The notes under the pieces are model-generated. The model made no database searches, had not been told where the DNA came from, and was given only the letters and a program-made list of their open reading frames with translations. From a virus, in the IMG/VR virus record IMGVR_UViG_3300024289_000019, positions 1-64,000 of that record: a DNA stretch of 64,000 nt. One strand, 5' to 3'. This document shows positions 18,601 to 28,146 of the stretch, piece by piece. The translations under genes were made by a program, and so were the position numbers. Each line of letters begins with the position of its first letter. The stretch's first letter is position 1.

Positions 18601-19384
18601 TGCTCAGGCTTTAGATGCAGCTTCTAGGGGTCTAGCAGGCCTTATGAGAGGCGTAAAGCCATCTGGAGTCATAGACGATGGCGGAATGGTACAAAAGATC
18701 TCAGCAGCCTTATATTATCAAGCACAGGTAATGACTCATATGGCAACAGAAGATTGTATTCAAGAAGGTTTTACAAATAAGGTGTTTAACAAGATTAATA
18801 CTGATCTAGGAAATTATATAGATATGCAGGCAAGATCTAAACCAAAATATTTACATCATGTTTATGAATGGGGAAAAACTGGAGACAGAACTGCAAGACT
18901 ATTTACTTTAACAAAAAAACAAGAAAAAGATTTTAATTTTACATTATCTTATAAATTTAAACTGTCAAAATCTACAGTTCCAAAAAACGATACTAACAAA
19001 AAATCTTACGTTTTTGCAAATAAAGCATTTGTAATGGAAACTGGAAACCCAGTAACAATTACTCCAAGAACACCACAAGGAAGACTTGCCTTTGCAATAG
19101 GAGATAAAAACATTATTTTGCAGTCTGGTAGATCTGTAAGAGTTTTAAACCCTGGAGGAAAGCAAACAAAAATGGGTTTTGCCAATACCTATAAGTTTTT
19201 TGTTGGAGGTAATCTAATTCAAAATTCAATTAGATCTTCTGGAATTGAAAGAGCATTTGAACTTGTTGTGAGAAGATCTATAATGCTTCCGCCATTGGTA
19301 AGAAGAAAATCATATAGTTATTCTGCTTCTGCAGTAAAAAGTTTAGCTCAAAATGCTGTTCAGTCTAACGGTAGGAATATGTGA
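18590..19384 (+). CDS. neck/tail completion protein
   Basis: TTG start with GGAGA RBS; LHHVYEW motif; synteny. Confidence 0.5.
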   Translation: MATSAQALDAASRGLAGLMRGVKPSGVIDDGGMVQKISAALYYQAQVMTHMATEDCIQEGFTNKVFNKINTDLGNYIDMQARSKPKYLHHVYEWGKTGDRTARLFTLTKKQEKDFNFTLSYKFKLSKSTVPKNDTNKKSYVFANKAFVMETGNPVTITPRTPQGRLAFAIGDKNIILQSGRSVRVLNPGGKQTKMGFANTYKFFVGGNLIQNSIRSSGIERAFELVVRRSIMLPPLVRRKSYSYSASAVKSLAQNAVQSNGRNM

Positions 19385-19893
19385 TGGCAAATTATAAATT
19401 AGATGCGGCTAACGAAGTTAGAAAATTTTTATGGGAAGAATTAAAGTCTCATGACATCTTTGATGCAGACGACTATTATTCTGACAATTTAAATGAAGCC
19501 ATAGTGCCAATTCTGCCAGTTCAACAGCTCCCAGAAATGAATCAGTTTTTAAGCGGTAAAAAGCATATAATTTATGACAAGAGCGGGATGACTTATGAGG
19601 ATAATTGGCTAGTATGTAGCGAACAAATGATGTTTACCCTGTATGCCGTAGACATTTCAGAGCTGAATGAAATGAGGAATTTTATAGTAGATTTGTTCAG
19701 AAGAGCAGACGAATCTGCCAGAGATATCAACAATTTCATAGGAAATAACAATAAATTTAGATTTCATACCTTTTATATAGCCGATATTACGCCAACTGGG
19801 CCTTCAGAAGAGGTTCAGGGCTTTCTTTCGTCAGACGTTATTATAGAAATGAAGTATTCTAGGGATGTTTCTGTCAGCGGCAGGTTTAATTAG
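19384..19893 (+). CDS. tail terminator-like protein
   Basis: acidic ~170-aa protein immediately before the major tail gene. Confidence 0.5.
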   Translation: MANYKLDAANEVRKFLWEELKSHDIFDADDYYSDNLNEAIVPILPVQQLPEMNQFLSGKKHIIYDKSGMTYEDNWLVCSEQMMFTLYAVDISELNEMRNFIVDLFRRADESARDINNFIGNNNKFRFHTFYIADITPTGPSEEVQGFLSSDVIIEMKYSRDVSVSGRFN

Positions 19894-19994
19894 CCTTGCT
19901 TTATGAAGCATTTTGGCCTATTATTATACATAGAGGAAACGCCTAGCCAGCATTGATTTACAATTTTTAAAATTCCAGGAGGTGGAAATAAAAA

Positions 19995-20639
19995 ATGGCA
20001 TTTGAAGCTAAGAATATTATCGTCGGAGCAGCACCACTGTTCCTTTCAAAGAAAGATTCAACAGATTCAACTTATGCAACTGTTCTCCCAGAAGGAGCAG
20101 CAGTAACAGCTAATACATCAATTTATGATGCAGATACTCGTGAGCTTAAAGGCGCAACATTGTCTGGAGCATATGCAAACGTTGGTTACACAAACAATGG
20201 TCTTCAGATTACATATAACCCAACATACGGTTCTGTGACTGTGGATCAGCTTCTTGATACAGCAAAACTTTTCAAGGAGTCTATGGAAGTTATGCTTGCA
20301 ACTGAATTTACCGAAGCAACACTAGAAAACGTTCTTCGTGTATTTGGTCAGGGAGCATCAACTCTTTCAAACGATGCACTTGGTCTCGAAGCGGGAGCCT
20401 TGGGACAGGAGCCAACAGAGCGTCAGCTAATCGCTGTCGGTTTGGCACCACGTAACACAGCTAATAAGAAGCGTGAGCGTGTATATTATGCACGTCGTGT
20501 ACTTTCAGTACAGCAATCACAATTTACATTGGCTCGTAACAATCCAACTGTATTTCCAGTAACCTTCCGTCTTCTTCCTGATGCAGCATATGCAGGGGCA
20601 GAATACGGTAAGATTATTGACCGTGTAATTGAAGCTTAA
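19995..20639 (+). CDS. major tail tube protein
   Basis: NIIVGAA, VGYTNNGLQITYNP...VDQL, FPVTFRLLP; GGAGG RBS; promoter TTGCTT-17-TATTAT at 19896-19924. Confidence 0.85.
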   Translation: MAFEAKNIIVGAAPLFLSKKDSTDSTYATVLPEGAAVTANTSIYDADTRELKGATLSGAYANVGYTNNGLQITYNPTYGSVTVDQLLDTAKLFKESMEVMLATEFTEATLENVLRVFGQGASTLSNDALGLEAGALGQEPTERQLIAVGLAPRNTANKKRERVYYARRVLSVQQSQFTLARNNPTVFPVTFRLLPDAAYAGAEYGKIIDRVIEA

Positions 20640-20669
20640 TACAATTTAATAACAATTTAATAATATAAC

Positions 20670-20699
20670 AGGCCCTCAGAAATGGGGGCCTCGTTATTT
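20670..20699 (+). terminator. intrinsic terminator after the major tail gene
   Basis: AGGCCCTCA-GAAA-TGGGGGCCT with a GNRA loop and T-rich tail. Confidence 0.7.
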
Positions 20700-20752
20700 G
20701 CTTATGCTAGTATTTTTGCTATAATGATATGGAGTATCCAAGGAGGATAATT

Positions 20753-21085
20753 TTGGCAACAACAGTATATGACGTTCAAGAAATTGAATTGCAAAACGGA
20801 TCAAAGGTAAAACTAAAACCCCTTACCATTAAAGAACTTAGAAAGTTCATGACTGTCATTCAGAAGACAGCAGATGTTACAGGAGAAGAAGACACTCTAA
20901 ATATTTTAATTGAGGCTTGCGGAGTAGCTTTGGAAAAACAACTTCCAGAACTTGTTGCAAACAAAGATGCTTTTGAAGATGCGTTGGATGTTCCAACCAT
21001 TAATCGCATTCTTGAAGTTTGTGGCGGAATGAAGATGGACGACCCAAATCTACTGGCGGCAGCAGTTCTAGCTGGTCAGAACTAG
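20753..21085 (+). CDS. tail assembly chaperone (gpG-like)
   Basis: AGGAGG RBS plus TTG start; lies between the major tail and tape measure genes. Confidence 0.8.
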   Translation: MATTVYDVQEIELQNGSKVKLKPLTIKELRKFMTVIQKTADVTGEEDTLNILIEACGVALEKQLPELVANKDAFEDALDVPTINRILEVCGGMKMDDPNLLAAAVLAGQN

Positions 21086-21423
21086 ACTTAGCCGCCTTAG
21101 AAGCACAAGTTTTTTTATCTGGTAGATGGAAAAACTTTGAAGAACTAGAAGAAAATCTTTCAATGCCAGAACTTATACAATTGTTAAAGTCTATAAGTAA
21201 AAAGGAAGATGACAATAGAAGATTCCTAGCGTCTCTGCAGGGAATAAATCTAGGGGAGGATGAAGCAGAAGAGGATGAAAAATTACATCCAACTTTTGAA
21301 GAAATTCAAATGAGAGCGCAAGGCATCAACGGAATTAAAAATGACGTGATTGCACTTCGTGGAAATGCTGCTGCATCAAAAGGTTTCGGTATAAATCAAG
21401 GATTGGGGTATACCGAGGAGTAA
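21043..21423 (+). CDS. -1 frameshift extension of the tail assembly chaperone (gpGT-like)
   Basis: X XXY YYZ heptamer C CCA AAT at 21043-21049 enters the -1 ORF 21019-21423. Confidence 0.75.
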   Translation, partial: PKSTGGSSSSWSELDLAALEAQVFLSGRWKNFEELEENLSMPELIQLLKSISKKEDDNRRFLASLQGINLGEDEAEEDEKLHPTFEEIQMRAQGINGIKNDVIALRGNAAASKGFGINQGLGYTEE

Positions 21424-21427
21424 ATAA

Positions 21428-24400
21428 GTGGCTGAAAATATAAATACTAATATAACCGCCAATGCTGATTTTTCTGGTTTAATAAGTCAGATACATAAAG
21501 CAGTATCACAACTTACTCTTTTACAGCAAAAATTAGGTTCTTCAAACGTTGCATTAACGCAACAAATAAATGCAACAAATAATGCTTTTTCAGATATATT
21601 AAGAAAAAGCAATCAATTCAATACGCACTTTGTATCTTTAGCAAGTGACACAGAAAAATTTGGTAAAGCCCTAGATCAGGGTAAACTTAAATTAAAAGAC
21701 TACTACCAACATTGGCAATCATACCATCGCCAAGCTGGCGGTATGATACGTGATCTCGCTAAACAACAAGTAGCATTACAAAATGCAATTGTTCAGCCAA
21801 TGGGAAGAAATGCCCAGGGTCAAATGATGTTCGATGTGCATGTCCCAACTGGCATAAATGAATTAGCAAATAAGACAAAGCTTGCAAGAATGGAAATGTC
21901 TATTCTGAACAAGGTAATGTCTGATGGTGCTAATCAGCTTATAAATTGGGGTAAAAATACTCAATGGGCTGGTCGTCAGTTAACAGTAGGATTAACTGTG
22001 CCGATGGCAGCATTTGGCGCTGCAGCATCAAAAGCGTTTAGAGAAGCAGATCAAGAACTTACAAGACTTACAAAGGTCTATGGCGGCTTGGCTCCTACAG
22101 CAACTGCAGAGCTACAAAAGGTTAGAGAAGAAACTGTAAAAACAGCAAAAGAATTGTCTGCTGCATATGGAGTTTCATTTAAAGATACAATTGGTTTAGC
22201 AGCGGATATTGCAGCAACTGGTAAACAGGGCGATGAATTACTTGGATCTCTTAAAGAAACAACACGCCTATCAGTACTTGGTGAAGTTGATAGACAAGAA
22301 GCAATGAAAGCCACTCTCGCTATTCAAAATGCTTTTAAAGAAAACACAGATCAACTAGCTAATTCAATCAACTTTTTGAACGCTGTTGAAAACCAAACAT
22401 CTACTACTTTACAGGATTTAGTAGAAGCAATTCCAAAAGCTGGTCCAGTTATAAAAGGTTTGGGCGGAAGCGTTAAAGATTTAGCACTTATGATGGTTGC
22501 CATGAAAGAAGGCGGAATAGATGCAGCACAAGGAGCTAACGCTCTTAAGTCTGCAATGGGTTCATTAATTAATCCAACTAAGGTTGCAGTTGCTCAGTTC
22601 TCTTCATTTGGCATTAATCTAAAACAAATTGTTGAAAGTAATGCTGGAAATATAACTGCAACAATATTAGAGTTGCAAAAAGCGATGGATAAATTAAACC
22701 CATTACAAAAACAACAGGCAATTGAAACTCTATTTGGTAAATACCAATTTGCGAGAATGGGTGCATTATTTGATAATCTGGGGCGAAAGGGATCTCAAAC
22801 ATTACAGGTAATAGATTTAATGAAAGCAAGTACCGACGAACTTGCAAATGTGGCTGGCCGAGAGTTGGCACAGGTAACAGAATCTGCTTCTGGTAGATAC
22901 AGAAGAGCTTTAGAGTCACTAAAGGCTGACCTTGCAACTGTTGGAGAACAATTCTTAGATATTGCAACAAAGATAATAACATTTGGCGACAAGATGCTTA
23001 AAACATTTAATAGTTTGCCAGAACCAGTTAAAAAGTTTGTTGCTTTACTTGGAGGAATAACTGCTTTAGCTGGTCCAATTATTATGTTGACTGGTGTATT
23101 TGCAAACTTCTTAGGATATGTACTTAAAGGCTTTGCTGGCATTAGAGCTTTCTTTAGCCAAGCAAAAGGATTTAAATTATTAACTCCAGAAATGAAAGCT
23201 GCTTCAGAAGCAGGAACTTTAGTAGAAAAAACATTTTATTCGGATGCCGCTGCAGCAAAAGTATTAACAACAGCATTAACTGGTTTAAGACTAGAAATGC
23301 AACAAATAGCAGCATTATCAAGAGCAGGAACAATAAGTGCTGCTCCAGTTATCCGTGGTGCAGGAGAAGGGGTTGGAATAGCACAATATGATTTTGCACA
23401 TTATAACCCTCAATCTAAGTTAAGCGAAGCAGATAGGTTAAAGCAAACCTTCCACACATCTGTTCCGCTTGACCCAATGACAAATAAAGCAATTGGAAGC
23501 AATCCACAAATGATGGCTATGCCAGGATCAAAAGTTCCAACAGTTCCTGGACTTACAATGATCAATGGTGCAAGCACAGCAATAAATGCTTCAGAAGCAG
23601 CAAGATGGCATACAATGATGACTGCTATGGCAATGCGTTCTAAATCTGAAATGGCAAACATTGAAAGAATTATTGATACAACTGGTAAACTTCCAGCAGA
23701 ATTTTTAAATGATTTTAATGTAATACTTCCTAAAATGGAAGCAATTACACAAACTGCAGCTCAATCTTCTGCACGAGTTGCAGCAGCAGCAGAAAGAGGA
23801 ATTATATCTGTTGAAAGAGCTCAAGCTGCATTAACAGCAATTAATGCAAAAATGATTGAAAGAATGAATGCTCTTTCGGTAGCATCTGGAGTCCCAATTG
23901 ATAAAATGACATTGGTTCCAGGAACTAATACGACTATAGCCACAGGAAACGCTATTGATAAAAATCAAGAATACAACATGAGATCCGCTTTGCGTTCTGG
24001 AGAAGGAAGAGCTGGATCTATTACAAGCAAAATAGCTAGAGCAGTTGGATCATCTGTAAGAAGAATTAAATTTGCAGGTGGAGTAACTGCTTTAGGAAAG
24101 TTTTTGCCTAAATTTACAAATATGAAAAAAGCAAAACAAGCTGCAGAAATGCTCAGAAGATTTGCTGAAGAATCAAGAAAGTTTAGCGGAACTAGAACTC
24201 CTAATTTAAGACCTGGTAGCACAAGTGGTTCTTCTACAAATACTACAGCAGAGGCAGATGTAGCGGCAGCTTATGGAAAACTTGCACGTAGAAAAAATAA
24301 AATTTGGGAAGATCCATGGCTAAAAGAAGCTGGTATGACTCCAACATCAGGAGACGATTATTTAGTACATGCATACGGCCCAGGCTATGCTGCCAGAACA

Positions 24401-27400
24401 AAGGGTCTTGAGTTTAGTAAAAATGCTGCAAGAGTTCCTGCTGATAGATTATCAGAATTTGGTTTGGGACATGTCACTACAAAAGCTCCATATTTAGAAG
24501 TATTGCCATCACAATTTATAAAAAATAAAAAAGCTTTCAATGAAGTTTTTGGCACTACAAAATCTGTACAGGATGCATTTAGAAGAGTAGAAGCTGAAGA
24601 CATGGTTAGCCTTATGCTTTTCTTAAAGTCTCAAGGCGTTAAACCTCATACTGCAAAAGAGTTAGCAGGACGTGCTGCAGATCTTCTTAATAAACAAATG
24701 AAAGCATGGGGAAATAAACCTATGACAGAGGCTGATTTTGGTAAAATGTTAAATCAAGTTTCTGTTAGAGCGATAAGAAGTGGTTTCCACCCAAGGATGA
24801 GAGAAGTAATTAATCCATTTGGATATGATGCACATACAAAAAGACGTGGATATGAAGCAATGCCATATCAAGGTGGAGTTACTAAACTTCCAGGATATGG
24901 CGGCGGAGATACAATTCCAGCTTTGCTTGAACCAGGAGAATCTGTTATAACAAAAACAGCAACTGCTGCCAATGAAGGTGCAATTGCATTTATGAATGCT
25001 GGAGGAAAAATTCCAGGATTTGCTTTTGGCGTAACTAAAGTTGGCGCAAAGGTACGTGCTGCAAGAGCCGCTAGACAAGAAAATCTTGCTGCAAATCCAT
25101 ATTATCAGCCAATGGGAATTGGAGCAAACATTGGAGCTTCAATTGGTGGAGGAATAGTTGGAAAAATGACTGGACTTCCAGGCGGAGAACTTATAGGGTC
25201 TTTAATTGGTCCTGCTGTTCTTTCTAGAATTATTGGTGTTTCAAAAGCTTTAGCTCAAGGAATTAAAACTGGAGCAGGCTTTGTAAATATTATAAAGAAT
25301 ATGTCTATGGCTTTAAGATTAACTCCATGGGGACTTGCTGCAACTGGAGTTGCAATGCTTGGGCTTAAAATATTTAATATGTGGAAAACTGCAAAAGCAC
25401 AATCAGATGCCGCAGCACAATCATTTAAAGCAAATGAAAAAATTGCTGGCCAACTTGGAATTAAATACACAACTCTTTCTGGTAAAATTAAAGCGGCACA
25501 GGAAGATGCAAAGAGACAAAAAGCCATCCTTGATGCCGTGCTTGAAACAAATAGAAAGGCTGGCGGCACAGGCGGACTTTCAATAACAATTAAAGAGTTA
25601 AAAGATCTTCAGGACAAGGCAAAGAAAACACAACCAGATGTCATTAAACTATTTGATGCTATGGATAGAAAAGATGTTGTTGCAAATGCAGCGGCATTAA
25701 AAGCGCAAATGGTTGCAAGCGGCATAGCTGCTGAAGATGCAACTAAGCAAATATTTGCAATTATGACTCAGTCAAATAAGGCTGGGCAAGCAGTTGCTGC
25801 AATATCTTCTAAACCATTTATGGAAATAAAAGACAAGGTTTCTGCTGCAACAGTTTCGGTAAATACATTCAATAAGGCGTTAGGCATTTATGGCATTAAT
25901 GGAAACGAGTTAGCGGCAGCTTTTGAAGGATCAATGGATGCAATTGATTCTTATTATAATAGTCTTGTTGGAACAAAAGATGAGACTGGAAAGATTATTA
26001 CTGAAACAGAAGCATTAAAGATGACCATGGATAAATTAAATGGTTCCGCTTCTACCAATAGACAGCTAGGACAGTACAATCTTGATTTAATATTAAAACA
26101 AAAACCAGAATTAAAAGGCATACTATCTGCAACAGATTCAACAGCAGATGCATATGCCAAGATTAAACTTTATACTTCTGGAGTAGTAGATGATTTAAGT
26201 AAGATTAGCGGTCTACAAGCTCAAGCAATGTTGGCAGTACAAAATGCTTTAAATCAATCAGCAACAGGATTGACAACGGATGTAGAAGGTAATAAGAGTC
26301 CATTAGCTGCACTAGCTAAACTTGGTTCTGCTGCAGCAAAAGCTGCAGCAGCCTCAGCAGCCGCATCTTCTAGAGCTTCTCAGGCTGCACAAAGAGATAT
26401 TGATAAAGAGTCTAAAGCAATTGATAAAAAGATTGCTGCAATTAAAAAAGAAGCAGATGCTAGAAAGAAAGCTTTACAGGTACAACAAGATGCTGCTGAT
26501 GTTGGATTACAAATTCAAGAAGCACAACTTAAATATCAAAATGCTATAGCAACTGGTAACATGACAGAGGCAGCCAGTGCCCAGCTTGAAATACAAAGAC
26601 TTACATCAGCTCATCAGACAAAACTTGCACAAGAAGCTATTGAAAATAAAGCAGATAAAGATACTGAAGCTTTGCAGGCTAAAAAAGAAGGACTAGCGGA
26701 CTCTTTAGCTGCTGCACAAAAAGCAGCTGCCGCTGCTGCAAAGAAAGCGGCTGATACTGCAGCAACTTCAGATAGCATTAAAACAATTCAATCTACAATT
26801 GCTACAATTATAACAAATGCTGGTCTGACGACAGATAAAAATAAAATTGAAGCATACGGATATCAATTAAAAGATCAGCTTGAGGCATTAAGAAAGCTTG
26901 GCAAAGAAGGTGTAGCAGCAGCAAATGCTATTGCTCCAGCACCTACTACAGCATATGAAGGTTCGCAATTAGTTACTAAGACTCCAGACTATAGCAAGAT
27001 TGTTTCAGATTTAGCTAAAAAGAATATTGAAGCAGCAGCCGCTACTGGTAAATTTACTGGATCAGTTGAAGAATTTAAAAAAGCAGTTGCTGATTTTGCA
27101 AGAGAAGCTGGCGGAGGAAAAACTAAATCTTCTGCAATTCAAGTTGGATATAATGCAAAGTATAAATTAGATGCAAATAAAACAAATATTTTAGACAATG
27201 ATTCCAAAAAGGCTATTGTAAAAGATTATGGATTTAAAGCAGGAGAATTTTTTGAATATAATGGAAGGGTATATAGAGTAAAAAGTTCAACAGATATTGT
27301 TGCTCAAAATTATTCTGACGGCGGTACAGTTTTTGGTGCAGGAACTGCAACTTCTGATTCAATTCCAGCTATGTTATCAAATGGAGAATATGTAGTTAGA

Positions 27401-27691
27401 GCTTCTGCTGTTCAAAAATATGGGACAGCAACAATGGATGCAATAAATTCAATGAAGTATGCTACTGGCGGAATGATATCTTCATATGGTAACATTAATA
27501 GGTATTCCACAGGCGGAAGATTAAAATATCATGATGGTGGAATGGCTGGAAATGCTATAGGAACAAACGTTGTTATTAATAACGATATTCAAGTAAATGG
27601 AACTAATTTAAGTGGCGAAGAAATTGCAAGAGCAATTATGATTGAACAAAATCGTCAGATTTCAATGTCTGGAAAGAGTAGGAGCTATTAA
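21428..27691 (+). CDS. tape measure protein (TP901-family core)
   Basis: 2087 aa, Ala-rich helical; GRQLTVGLTVP, FLNAVENQT, SDSIPAMLSNGEYVV. Confidence 0.92.
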   Translation: MAENINTNITANADFSGLISQIHKAVSQLTLLQQKLGSSNVALTQQINATNNAFSDILRKSNQFNTHFVSLASDTEKFGKALDQGKLKLKDYYQHWQSYHRQAGGMIRDLAKQQVALQNAIVQPMGRNAQGQMMFDVHVPTGINELANKTKLARMEMSILNKVMSDGANQLINWGKNTQWAGRQLTVGLTVPMAAFGAAASKAFREADQELTRLTKVYGGLAPTATAELQKVREETVKTAKELSAAYGVSFKDTIGLAADIAATGKQGDELLGSLKETTRLSVLGEVDRQEAMKATLAIQNAFKENTDQLANSINFLNAVENQTSTTLQDLVEAIPKAGPVIKGLGGSVKDLALMMVAMKEGGIDAAQGANALKSAMGSLINPTKVAVAQFSSFGINLKQIVESNAGNITATILELQKAMDKLNPLQKQQAIETLFGKYQFARMGALFDNLGRKGSQTLQVIDLMKASTDELANVAGRELAQVTESASGRYRRALESLKADLATVGEQFLDIATKIITFGDKMLKTFNSLPEPVKKFVALLGGITALAGPIIMLTGVFANFLGYVLKGFAGIRAFFSQAKGFKLLTPEMKAASEAGTLVEKTFYSDAAAAKVLTTALTGLRLEMQQIAALSRAGTISAAPVIRGAGEGVGIAQYDFAHYNPQSKLSEADRLKQTFHTSVPLDPMTNKAIGSNPQMMAMPGSKVPTVPGLTMINGASTAINASEAARWHTMMTAMAMRSKSEMANIERIIDTTGKLPAEFLNDFNVILPKMEAITQTAAQSSARVAAAAERGIISVERAQAALTAINAKMIERMNALSVASGVPIDKMTLVPGTNTTIATGNAIDKNQEYNMRSALRSGEGRAGSITSKIARAVGSSVRRIKFAGGVTALGKFLPKFTNMKKAKQAAEMLRRFAEESRKFSGTRTPNLRPGSTSGSSTNTTAEADVAAAYGKLARRKNKIWEDPWLKEAGMTPTSGDDYLVHAYGPGYAARTKGLEFSKNAARVPADRLSEFGLGHVTTKAPYLEVLPSQFIKNKKAFNEVFGTTKSVQDAFRRVEAEDMVSLMLFLKSQGVKPHTAKELAGRAADLLNKQMKAWGNKPMTEADFGKMLNQVSVRAIRSGFHPRMREVINPFGYDAHTKRRGYEAMPYQGGVTKLPGYGGGDTIPALLEPGESVITKTATAANEGAIAFMNAGGKIPGFAFGVTKVGAKVRAARAARQENLAANPYYQPMGIGANIGASIGGGIVGKMTGLPGGELIGSLIGPAVLSRIIGVSKALAQGIKTGAGFVNIIKNMSMALRLTPWGLAATGVAMLGLKIFNMWKTAKAQSDAAAQSFKANEKIAGQLGIKYTTLSGKIKAAQEDAKRQKAILDAVLETNRKAGGTGGLSITIKELKDLQDKAKKTQPDVIKLFDAMDRKDVVANAAALKAQMVASGIAAEDATKQIFAIMTQSNKAGQAVAAISSKPFMEIKDKVSAATVSVNTFNKALGIYGINGNELAAAFEGSMDAIDSYYNSLVGTKDETGKIITETEALKMTMDKLNGSASTNRQLGQYNLDLILKQKPELKGILSATDSTADAYAKIKLYTSGVVDDLSKISGLQAQAMLAVQNALNQSATGLTTDVEGNKSPLAALAKLGSAAAKAAAASAAASSRASQAAQRDIDKESKAIDKKIAAIKKEADARKKALQVQQDAADVGLQIQEAQLKYQNAIATGNMTEAASAQLEIQRLTSAHQTKLAQEAIENKADKDTEALQAKKEGLADSLAAAQKAAAAAAKKAADTAATSDSIKTIQSTIATIITNAGLTTDKNKIEAYGYQLKDQLEALRKLGKEGVAAANAIAPAPTTAYEGSQLVTKTPDYSKIVSDLAKKNIEAAAATGKFTGSVEEFKKAVADFAREAGGGKTKSSAIQVGYNAKYKLDANKTNILDNDSKKAIVKDYGFKAGEFFEYNGRVYRVKSSTDIVAQNYSDGGTVFGAGTATSDSIPAMLSNGEYVVRASAVQKYGTATMDAINSMKYATGGMISSYGNINRYSTGGRLKYHDGGMAGNAIGTNVVINNDIQVNGTNLSGEEIARAIMIEQNRQISMSGKSRSY

Positions 27692-28146
27692 TGCCAACAG
27701 TATATTTACCTCAAGGGTCTTTGCTATATTTTGACATATCTACAACAAGTACTCCAGACTGGAAAAAGATTTCAGAACATAACAGGTCCGCCCTTGCCCT
27801 AGATACACAAAGATTTGAAAAGGTTCAGAGAATGTCTAATGGAACCCTGAGAAAGATATTTATTGCAGATAAGAAAACATTTTCTACTTCATGGAATATG
27901 ATTCCTTCATATAGCACAATGACTTTAGATGGCGGATGGGGAGCAGAAGATATTAGATCCTTTTATCATGGGATAGGTCAAAAAACATTTAAAATAAAAA
28001 TTGCATATAGTGCCACAAGAACAGAAGAGTTTGTAGTCTCATTTACATCTGCTAATTTTAACATTTTAAAAAGAAATGTTAAGGCTAAAACATCTGATTC
28101 AGCACAAGAGTTTTGGGATGTAAATATTTCACTGGAAGAAGTATAA
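27691..28146 (+). CDS. minor tail (distal tail-like) protein
   Basis: RMSNGTLRK, WDVNISLEEV; directly after the tape measure. Confidence 0.65.
   Translation: MPTVYLPQGSLLYFDISTTSTPDWKKISEHNRSALALDTQRFEKVQRMSNGTLRKIFIADKKTFSTSWNMIPSYSTMTLDGGWGAEDIRSFYHGIGQKTFKIKIAYSATRTEEFVVSFTSANFNILKRNVKAKTSDSAQEFWDVNISLEEV

Noticed and set aside
20641-20662. ACAATTTAATA direct repeat, two copies
   Set aside because: Short AT-rich intergenic duplication with no further support
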